From NCBI GenBank assembly GCA_040954595.2, contig CM082583.2:3171060-3235059 (forward strand): 64,000 nucleotides of DNA, read 5' to 3'. Positions 38,119 to 48,946 of the stretch are shown piece after piece (position 1 is the stretch's first letter; each line of letters starts with the position of its first letter). Both the position numbers and the translations under genes were made by a program. The notes beneath the pieces are model-generated. The model was not told the DNA's origin and made no database searches. It saw nothing but the letters and a program-made list of their open reading frames with translations. The DNA comes from Balanoglossus misakiensis (taxonomy: Eukaryota; Animalia; Hemichordata).

Positions 38119-38933
38119 ATAGGAAAAGTGGTAGATTAGTTCATTGCTACTGTCTTCTTGTGTCTTGATGCCCTAACGAATCATCGCCAATCAATCATAC
38201 CACCTATCATCAGATATAGGGAAGAAGAAATGCATTAGACATATCAATGATTTTCATCTGTACCAGTCATCAATGTTTCCACCAACAGCTCATGATACAT
38301 GGATCATCTTACTCTAGTTTGTACACAGAATCAGGCAAAACTCTGTACACAGAATCACAAAGTATGCAATGTCAACTATGCACATAGTGTTCAGGCTACC
38401 AATTGAAAAATATTTAAGTTGAATGTGACTGACTGTTTAGTTGAAAATAAATCTGTGTTATATTCATGGTTGAATTAAAGCCTCACTAACATTATTATTA
38501 TATTACTTTATACCACTACAACTGCAATATAATTCTGTACCACTACAACCACAAACTGCCAAGTCTAACAGACACAACATTATGCCAATTATTAGGATTA
38601 AATTAAGATCAATACGAATCAAATAATCACCACCTGTACCATTCAAACAATATTCATTATCCTGCCATTTTCTTCTCGAGGTATACTGAACACCCTCCTC
38701 AATCTGACAATACCATGCTGACTATGCAGAAACTACTGTGTTTGATGTCTTTCTTACTTAGCTATAAGTACTCATTATCATCATCATCATCATCATCATC
38801 ATCAATTTATCATCATCATCATCATAATCATCATTTTTTGTTATAACGTACATTATTTTTGTTATTATATCACCAGCATCTTTAATTCATCAATATTATT
38901 ACTATTTTTGTTATTACAGTATCACTATAAATT

Positions 38934-38979
<46 letters not shown>

Positions 38980-40415
38980 GCATCATCATCAACTCATGCA
39001 CATTGTTACCAATCTTTATTGTCAGGCCGTATTGAACCATTTATACAAGGGGTACTCTTGTTTAATTATTACGTACTTTGAAAGTTAATTACACCTTATC
39101 TTTCAAAAACTCACAATTATAATTTTCAGCCAAAATACACATCTGATACTGTATTATACCTGTCTATTAATGAAGTATTCCTGTATTTCACACTTAATTA
39201 AAAAGTTCTGTCTTAAGACAAACTGCAGTATACAAACAACAATTTTATCTTTTTGATAACAAAACCAATGCACTGGTGTTAAGTGAAAGTTACCCTTTGT
39301 CCTACGTATTGCACAGTTCTCAATACACATTTCATTGACAGACTGACTGCTGTCATTGATCATTAGGCACATGATTGCTCCAAGTTCAACGTGACTGATG
39401 TTGTGATCAATCCCCCTTACCGTAAGTCTGCATTTGACCATCAAGAAAACACCAGTGGTGTTTTCAATTCTGCACCATCCTGCAATGGACATTTCAGCTG
39501 CCAAACAAAGGAATAAAATACACAGTATTTATACAAAAATAATACTTCCCTATTCAAAGATCAGCTGCAGTGGTGTATATTCATTTCTGTAAGCTTCAAC
39601 TTTTCCCCACAAGTCTTGTCCAGGAAAGTTCCTCCTGCAATTAAAAAATGTGAAAACAATTGTGAGCACAAAAATTTAACTCAAAACTTTTGAACAGTAT
39701 AGAAATCATGGGTAAAGTAAAACTTGAAGCCGCACAGTTGATGATAATGACAATTTACTTTGTAGCATAAAACTCATAACTTCTGTTTGTATAATACTTT
39801 ACTTGCCAAAATAAAATAACTCAGAGTGACTTGGTCAGTTGTCATGTATCAGTATGTAAAAAAATGAAATAATACATTATATGGGTATGTATCCATATAT
39901 TTCCATGAACACAAATAGTGCGACGTAAACGTGACGTCATACAATGTGACGGCACTTGCACAGCAAGTTGTTGTTGTTGTTAGAATAGGAAATTACGTCA
40001 GGGAATAAAACTCACCGAATCATTCAAGTCGACGAACGACATTCGCTTTCCATGCACACATGAGAGGACCTCAGCAGGAAAACTTGGTTCAAACGCGCAC
40101 ACAAATCATGATACAACATTCTTCATTTCCTGGGATGACATCCATCTCGAATATTCCTTGCGCCATGACACATATGACGTCATCGTGTAAATTTCCATTA
40201 CGTTCTATCCCAAGCGTTTGACAACTTCCATTCTGCGATAGAAAAACAGTGACACTAGAACCTTCTTCTGTCTATGATAAAACTTGCACCCGGACCTCTC
40301 GCGAATACGTGAAACCAGTATTTCACTAATAAGATTTCCATTCTGAGCGATGGGCGATCAAATCAAACCAAGCGATAGAAGCCCACTTCTAACCCACTTC
40401 AAACCCGCCGCCATG
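38119..40415 (-). ncRNA. Candidate spliced non-coding (or decayed) transcript
   Basis: CpG-richer 5' region with a YY1-like CCGCCAT (40408-40414) and donor cg|GTGAGT at 40015. Exon 39634-39421 (ttgcAG / GTAAGG) and exon 38203-38119 (pyrimidine tract-AG / GTAAGC). No ORF spans them. Based on splice signals only. Confidence 0.35.
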
Positions 40416-40730
40416 ATATGACGTGTCACATGCATACATCGCCCTCAACGCCAGGTTTAACAGTTTTGAACAACGTAATCTATTAGAGGACAACCAATTT
40501 AATTCTTTTGAGATGCATTTTTCCTAAATTTTCAGCATCAAACTTACTATTCTTGGGGCGCATACTAGTGTCTTACGTGAAGGCACAATTAGCCTATCCA
40601 TTTTTCAAAGCAAAATCTTTCAGTTAACAACTTATGGAAGAGTGAAACATTTTTTTCCGAAAAACAAACATACGACTGACTGACTAACTACGGATAAATT
40701 GTGAGACATCCATGAGATCTTCAACCATGT

Positions 40731-40818
40731 TAATCTCGGTTACCAAGACGCCTTTGCTTCTTCCGCTGCTCTCCAGAAAGAAGCGGAAGAAGCAGAGGGG
40801 TCTGGGTAACCGAGACTA
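40731..40818. mobile_element. 88-bp hairpin mini-MITE
   Basis: TAATCTCGGTTACCAAGAC.CCTTTGCTTCTTCCGCT ... AGCGGAAGAAGCAGAGG.GTCTGGGTAACCGAGACTA. Confidence 0.75.
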
Positions 40819-41171
40819 CAACCACGTCAGCTGGTCCAAAGTGGCCACGTCTGTGGGTTAGCCATGCTGTGTGTTCCCGCCTTACAATGCCGGAGACCTA
40901 ACTAGCGTAACACCGGGATCACTGTAGGGAACATGTTATTTTTACCAAAATTGCACCTGTTGAGTCTATGGTTGAAGCACAGTGGTTGGGTTAAGGCGCA
41001 AGATATCATAACAGGTGCAATTTCGGTAAAAAGAATATGTTACGTAAAATGCACAAACATAAGCTATAGGGCCTGAGAGAAATGTATCACGGTGTTCAAG
41101 TTTCTGTTGAATTTCACAAAATATTAGACAAGATTTTCCTTTCCAAGTATATTCAATTTTAGCAGCTTTAA

Positions 41172-42326
41172 AGTGGAACGACACCCTCAATTTTGGGCTT
41201 CAAAGTACAATCCGGGTGTCAAAAACGGCAACGTTCCGATGGGTTAATTCACTTTCACTTCCTGCGCAAGCAGTAGACGCGCGTTGAAAATACTACAGTG
41301 ACGTCAGCAACTTACACGTTCGACGTGTCATTTCCAATAAACAGACACATTTTGCGCGGATCTGACATGGCGAAATGTCAAGTTCATGATTTTAAAAACA
41401 TATTCGGAAAATCGACGGGGATAAGTTTCTTTCAAAGGCAGTGCTCTTCGTGTACTAGTATTGTATTTGTCGATGCGTGCAGACATAGACCCTGCAATGT
41501 CCATGATGCCATGCATGTCGACGTTTATGAACAAACCGTAAGGCCTATACAAAGTTGTTCTAACTGCCGCTGATAATAATAAACGTACCGTATTAAATCC
41601 TTCCTGCACGTTTTTTGGTACACGTATTTGGGTTTAATTTCCATTTATTGACGATCGCATAGTTATCAAATGAAAGCAACTAAAAAGGGCAGTTTTAATA
41701 CATTTCAAGAGACGAAACATGCATACAATAACTATAGCATTGGCTTCCATTATACTACGGACGTACTACACCTGGAGAGCAGGACGATGCACCTGCGTTC
41801 TTTTCAACTCCATAAAAGGTGACTAAGTATTTTTGTAAGAAAAGTGGTTCGAAAAGGTGACAACGAGGGAGAGACAACGAGGGAGGGTATTGTTTAATTG
41901 CAGCATTGTCTGTTTCACCATAGACTCTAGGGTCTATGGTTTCACTGAAACCACACCAAGTGTAAGCCTTGACAAACGGGACACATCGGAGATCAGAACT
42001 GCATGAACTTTTGTCCTCTGTAAAATTCAGTCGCTTGGTCGTAGAAGGGAATCTCTGGTTCAAAATTGTAGCCTACTACCCGAGAATATGTTGCTATGCT
42101 AACGTCGTTGGTCGCGTGAGTGCAGGCGTGTATAAGCATAAGCTCGCTCCAACGCGTCGGCAGCGGACAACAGTTGCTGACGTCACTCACTTCCGGGTTC
42201 GCGCAGTTTTTGGCTGGCTGTAGCTCTGTTATGCGTAAGTGAAAGTGAATGAAACCAACGTTTTTCATAGTACTTTTTAATCGCATTTCGCAGAATTGGC
42301 TCAAAAACGGATCACAACGTTCCACT
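41172..42326. mobile_element. Non-autonomous DNA transposon with TTAA TSD and short TIRs (Kolobok-like)
   Basis: TTAA|AGTGGAACG ... CGTTCCACT|TTAA, with a CpG-rich interior and AG...CT termini. Confidence 0.65.
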
Positions 42327-42834
42327 TTAATAATAAGCTGCTTATCGAATAATTTAGCAAATCATAAACCTGCAAATAATTCATCATCTCCAAATCGTTC
42401 ATCATTAGGCAGCTAATCATAAAGCTGTCAATATTAAATTCAGCTCCTAATGAAAAACCTACTAATAATTCACCATCAAATCTCTCACCTGGTACTTATT
42501 CGGCTAATTATAAAAGCTGCTAATAATTGAGCACAAAATATATCTTTTACCTACTAATAATTGGTCACTTTATCAACTTCCATACCACTTGCAGACATGA
42601 CAGTGAAAAACTCGCCAAAATGATAATCGGTGTTTACCATTTATTCATTTTGGCGAGATGGAAGTTGTGTGTGGTCGAACGTTGGTTCACTATATATCCA
42701 CATGTATAACTTGTATAACGGAGTCTTGTATCAAACATAATTAACGGAAAAGGGGCAGCGAGAGAGAGAGACTTTGTCGCTTTAAGACAAAATCTAAAAA
42801 AAATCCGGAAAAAATGTTTAACACATACTCATGA

Positions 42835-42945
42835 TTACGCGTATACACACACGTACGCAATGTATGGTTACCACGTGATAAAGACCTTCTGCGTACTGAT
42901 CGCGTAACTAAACCTCTCTTGAACTCTCGCGTGAGCGTTCGGTGT
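42835..42945 (+). promoter_or_regulatory. Putative CpG-rich promoter of the 43034 ORF
   Basis: Local CpG enrichment, E-box CCACGTGA (~42871) and TCTCGCGTGA (~42925), which resembles the TCTCGCGAGA promoter motif. Confidence 0.35.
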
Positions 42946-43033
42946 CATAATACCATTGTCAAGCAGCATTCTTTTTAACCTTTCCCTTCGAACATTATAT
43001 ATTTTGTATCACTGCGAGTGAAAACTAATCAAA

Positions 43034-43579
43034 ATGGCAATAACAACGCTGATGATATCACTGGTGACACACTGTGTAAGTATCGTATACAGTGTACTGT
43101 CTGTCTTACCAGTTATCGGCACACTTTTGAGAATTTGTGAACACTATTACTTTTCGATTGTTGCATTTTGGCGGAACATTCACCGCGTCCTCAAAGATGC
43201 TTGGAATGCCCATGTCACCTTTGTTATGTGGACCGTCTTCTTCGTGTTCATGCCTGTATACATACCGATCTGGATCTTGAAACAATTGATTTATGGAAGG
43301 GAAACTCTACCAGACAATCCGAATTCTGTTGCAACTGTACCGGTAGGAAGGGAACGCGTGTCGGGAAACAGATGTTTTGTTTCAAGCCTTCCACTTTACA
43401 CTGAACAAGTTAGGGTCTCTGCCAGACTAAATACCTCCGTTCTCTACATCCTCACCGTTTTGTCCTCCAATTCTCTGTCTGCTCTGATGTCTTTGTCTGT
43501 CCGTCCGTACGTTCCTTTATATAAGGTATTGTTAAAAAATGGAATCTGTCAGCATTGTATTCATTTCAGTCTGATTTGA
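43034..43579 (+). CDS. Uncharacterised small membrane protein; coding part may end at the donor after 43342
   Basis: Good start context (AAAATGG) downstream of a CpG-rich stretch. Two hydrophobic segments (LMISLVTHCVSIVYSVLSVLPVIGTLL; VTFVMWTVFFVFMPVYIPIWIL). The tail from 43411 is repeat-derived. No homolog recognised. Confidence 0.5.
   Translation: MAITTLMISLVTHCVSIVYSVLSVLPVIGTLLRICEHYYFSIVAFWRNIHRVLKDAWNAHVTFVMWTVFFVFMPVYIPIWILKQLIYGRETLPDNPNSVATVPVGRERVSGNRCFVSSLPLYTEQVRVSARLNTSVLYILTVLSSNSLSALMSLSVRPYVPLYKVLLKNGICQHCIHFSLI
43411..43556 (-). repeat. Interspersed repeat; inverted uninterrupted copy of 4263-4297 + 5144-5250
   Basis: The reverse complement AATGCTGACAGATT.CATT.T.TAACAATACCTTATATAAAGGAACGTACGGAC...TTTAGTCTGGCAGAGACCCT matches both flanks of the 4298-5140 MITE. 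Confidence 0.9.
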
Positions 43580-43744
43580 GTATTATACTGATCGCGATTC
43601 AAATTCACAACAAAACCGATAATGGGGTTTTTATTTTCATTTTGACGCCTTCAAATTCCCTTGCATTGACAAAACGATACAATAATATCAAATGTAGAAA
43701 CATCAGTATAACCAATTTTACACCTAATAGTCAAAACAGTTTCT

Positions 43745-44056
43745 TATGAAAGCCAATATGGACGATTAACTTTCTTGAGCACACGCGCACGAAATACTGC
43801 CACATGGGCACGAGTTTGTTTCTCGTGGCCATGAGATAATTTCACGTGCGCATGTGATATTATTTTGTGCGCACGAGAAAGTTACTATTTCGTACGCACT
43901 AGATATTATCACGTGGACCACAGAAACTAAGAAACATACTTGTGCGCTCGAGATACTATTTTGTGCTTATGTGTACTGTCTTTTGCGCATTATCTCGTGT
44001 GCACAAGATAAATATTATTTTTTCTTCCAAAAATATGTCCCTTATGGGCTTTCATA
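43745..44056. mobile_element. MITE-like element with internal GTGCGCACGAGA-type subrepeats
   Basis: Ends TATGAAAGCC.ATA.GGAC / GTCCCTTATGGGCTTTCATA, with repeated (C/T)GTGCGCACGAGATA-like motifs inside. Confidence 0.6.
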
Positions 44057-44408
44057 GTTTCTGTCTGATGTCAACATAAAATATTACATTTCATCCTGTA
44101 AATAATTCCAAAATAAAAACCGATGTACACACCGTACCAGCTGTGCCTAATTTCGAAAGTGTGGGTAAATGTTTAGTGTACAACTAATGTCGATGGGTGC
44201 ACCCCACATACAATGTACAGTTTCATCTAAATCTGGACACCCAGTCAAAAAATGACAAAATCAAATTGATCAACCCCACTTTAATAAGCGGACATCAATA
44301 AACATGAACAACCGAGGGCTTTAATTCACGTGTCTGTTTATGCTTCATTAGAATGCAGTGCGTTTTTTTATCCTAATACATCACAGCCATATTGTTAGCA
44401 CCAGTCTC

Positions 44409-47400
44409 TCAGATGGTAGGCCTTTCTTCGCTGAATAACTTCGCCATGTCCAGTCGTACAAAAGGCCTGTAATAGAGAAATGATCATTCCGAAAACGTGA
44501 AAAACGTCAGAGTCATTCCTGTTCGTTTCTAGTTCTGACACGACATCGTTCCAGTTCTTATAAAGTCATTTTGCGGTTTTAACATTATTTCATTCTCCAC
44601 CAACAACCAAAGTAATAATATGGATATTTCTAACAGAACTACGCAACTGCAACCACACACATTGGTTATAACTTCTTGCACTCTTGAACGATACATGCTA
44701 GAATGTAATGTATCGAATTCATTCATTCATTCATTCATTCATTCATTCATTCATTCATTCATTCATTCATTCATTCATTCATTCATTCATTCATTCATTC
44801 ATCCATCCATCCATTCATGAAGGAACTGAACGCTTACGTTTTCATTGGTGTTACCTAATGCTTGATACTCAATATTTACTTCACAGCAACTAAATGAGTT
44901 AAGCTCCCCTACCTGTCATATGCGTAGTCTGGACCAGATGCGCCATCTTTCTTGGCATTTGCGACAAACATCAGATTGTTTTTCAGATCGTACACAGCAG
45001 CGTGTAGGTCTCCGCTTTGAACGATTGATACTACATCTCGGATTGTATTTTCAGCTGTTATGTTGCCATGGTATTTCTGTAACTGTCTACCAAGAACACT
45101 GACCCAATCCTTGTGTACCCATCCTCGACCTAGCAAGATAAAATTGCATGCCTGCAGTGTTTATCTACAAGCTTAGATATCCCACAAGTAAATAACAAAA
45201 GCAACAACTATACGGTATCGACTGACCAGATACCTCATCTCCAATGACCACGTACAATTTGCGTGATTAAAACCAGAAATATGATTTACGACCATAAATC
45301 GGCTATCAGGTATCGGGAGAAAGATGTTGGTGTGGAATCGTTAACCAAATTGAAAGAATTGAATACCAATTTCTATCTACAGTTACCTCATAATGTTGAA
45401 TTTTACAGAATTGAACGAATACTGCGATTAAACAGCAGAATGAGTAAACTCCTTTGTAGACAAAGAATGTGTGGCTTCAACAATGTCTAATTAAAAATGT
45501 CAAAGTTTGTCAGACTTTGCATAACCGTAAGCCAGTAGTGGCAAAAAGATATTTACTTACTCCAATAAACCACGCCTTCCATACGCGGATGCCAGTCGCC
45601 AATTGGTAACATATTTTTGTCGTCATAGAAGTTGGACACTCCAGCTGAATACTGCACACCACGGAATGTACCGAGCTAGATATCGCATCAAACAAAAATA
45701 AAATCATCACAACTTGGAAACACACATATCATATACGGTACGCAACCGACGAACTATTACATCACGCGTCACAATGCCAGATTGGCGCTGAGGTGTGTTG
45801 CTTAATAATATGAAACAAACTGTGAATTTTACAGTGTTCTGTGGAATATCCCGCACAACTGACGTCTTACCTTTCCATCACCGACTCCCATCAGCAAATC
45901 ACAAGTCCTGTGAGCATTGGCAATTCGGTTTATGGAATCATCGACGGTGACATCAAACTGCAGAATATCCCGAAGCAGGTACTAGAAGAAAGTGGTGAAT
46001 GAACAAGATACTTTTGAATAACAACAAAAAATGCACAATCTAATGCAGACACAGAGAGAGAAAATGTCACCAAGCCCGATTGTGGACACCTTATTCGGGT
46101 ATACAACCAAAATAATGTCGGCGTCACCAACTCTACGTGATGCTAATCACAGTAATAGATTTGTTTGACTGCAATAATGATCCGTGGCTACCGGCGGCCA
46201 AGTGAAATTCTAAACTATGTTGACTCCAACAAATTCGCTTTTTGGCGCTTTCATTAGCTATATCATCACTTGGGACCTTAGTTTCCGACGCTCAAGATAT
46301 AAGCTATCGTGTCATTATCCTGACGGATTGAGACCCGGATGTGAACATTGGCAACTCACTGTAAACGGAACACCAAACCTGGATTCAGATCCCCAACTGT
46401 CGTCAGCATCCACTACACCGATTTCACTAATGGCTAGTTGTTGTTTTGACATACCTGAAAAGCAATGTGCGTTAATAACGTTCACATGTTTTGGCAATTT
46501 AACTGAACTCACTCATTTAAATACATGTATGTGCATAAAACAACAAGTCAACAACAACAACAACAACAATAACAACAATTATGTGTACTCTAATTGTAAT
46601 ACCTGTCACTGATCCAATCCACCCCGTCCATCCTACATTGATAAAGTCGTGGCCATTACTTCCATCTTTCTCTGGATGGTAAACTGTCATTTGAACGTGA
46701 TTCTTGAATGGGCCTGGAACATAGGATTAATGACATGGTTCAATAAGGAATTAGTAGTTAAAGGGACAGCATTGTTCAAAATTTGAAAGTCAATTAAGGC
46801 GTGACTAGACTCACCATCTGCTGACCAATCTAAAGCACGAAGCTGCAAAACTGATTCCGTGGAAGGAACGGCTTTACCCCACGCGCCGAACATTGAACAT
46901 GTACCTTTACTGGGAAATCAATATTAAAAGTGTAATGTTCACGGGTCACCAATGCAAGTTCATGATGCCGTTTCATTAATCTATCTAAAAAATATAGTGT
47001 CTCCATACGTAAATTTATACATAATACGATCAATTAAAGCATATTTAGCTAACATGGAAAATGGAGATCTAGCCAAGCACAGATTTACTTTGGTGGCCAC
47101 GCCAAAGAAGTACGCAACCACATTGTCATAGCTAAGCTACTTATATAATGGGATACGCAAATTAGAGTTGTTCGCATCGCTTTTGAAAAGTTTATGCCAT
47201 ATTGATCGAATTAATTTGACACAAATTATGTTGCCGAAACGCGGGTGAAACTGAAGAAAATTGCCTGACTGAACTTTTAAATACTGTAAAACGGGTTATT
47301 TTCGCGAGCAAATAATTTCCGCGAAATACGCGACAGCCAAAAAAATGTGAAAATAAAATGTCGCGTAAAATGTTTTTTTTCGGAGATAACGATGCAGTTA

Positions 47401-48904
47401 GTGATATATGAGAAAGCGAAAATTAATCCTCGCGTAACAGTGGCCTCTTTCGATATCGTGAAAAATTCCTGTCGCCGAAATAACCCGTTTTACAATAAAT
47501 GAGAATTCTTCGGGAGTAAACGCAACATTAGAATTATTATAAAAACCGGTCAGATAATGTGAGTGTCTGTTGACCAGGTCCTTGAAATAACTCACGTAAT
47601 TTCGCCAAGCATATGTATTCTCTCCAGTTTCTGTCATTTAAAACACAAATAACGTATACAGTTAGATCACATTAATGAACGTATAGATAGATAGTCGCCA
47701 ACAAGCATAAAAACATAACATAATGCGACTTAAATATGTATTGTCTTATAGTTGTCATAGAAAGGATAACATTAAAATGTAACAAATTGTCACAATTTCA
47801 CTATTTGCAGCTGTTTCCGCCAAAACGATTGAAACGTTGATCTGCATTGTAGAATAAGATCATTGATTATCGACCAGTGATCGTTAAACCTGACTTTAAT
47901 TGTGATGCGCGATGGGTTCAAGTAGTTTAAAGTCGTTGTGAAGAGCTCAATGAAAAAAAAGTTAAATATATTTGACAACTAAAGCTATAAATTACGGGTG
48001 TGGTTGTCACGTGACGAATATCGCGCGTCTGTTACCTTGTATTCGACACCAGCGGCGTCGGCTAATCCTCTCATCTCGTCAAGAAAATAATGACCTGAAA
48101 ATGTTGGAGAGAGAAAGACAGAGGGAGACATATGAAGCCAAGTAGTGCTTCTTGACAAAGTCCCAAATCAGAGTGTATGTATACTGCCAAAATATGATAC
48201 AAATTACAAGGCTTTAATGCTCAGGCTTTTATTATGTACACATGTAACATCTGGAGACACCTGTATATCTCTAATGCATGTTTTGGTAATATACATTTCT
48301 TTGTTAATATTTCAACACTTACTTGTATATTCTTTAGTGGCTAGAATCTCGAGGTCAAGAGCAAATTCCATTCTGTTAAAAGCAAAACAATACTTTTCAA
48401 TACGTACTGTCCTTGGTCGCGTGCATCTAATCGTTTTGTACGTTGTTTTGCTTACACGAGACCGTGAGAAGTCGATCGATACATATATCGTGTTTCAGGC
48501 ACTTGTCTACGACAGCCTTGACTATATTGCAATTAGAATAGGACAAACCATGGACAGTTTGCAGAATGTCAGCAGACCCAAAATTAAGAAATTTCTTTCA
48601 TGTTCGCTTTTGACACGTCAGTATTTACGCATTTATTGAAAAGTGCTTGAAGGAAGGCAAAACATGTTCTGTTAATGGTGCATGACGGATAAACTATTTC
48701 AGTTGCTCACAATTATGACTAAAGTACAACTGTTAAACTTACCCATACTTTATGACATCTTTGACAAACCAGGGCGCCAAGAAAGACACAGTCTGGTTTA
48801 TATAACTGTACTATAGATTGTAACATTTATAAAACAAAACAAAACAAATAAACTGGAATTAATTCATACATTGCTATAATGTATTAATACAACATAGGAT
48901 GCTA

Positions 48905-48946
<42 letters not shown>

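Noticed and set aside
44387-44471. Coding overlap between the orphan gene and the dcd1A-like last exon
   Set aside because: The best acceptor (44386) gives a stop after 3 codons. The longer open frame is the antisense shadow of the dcd1A-like exon.
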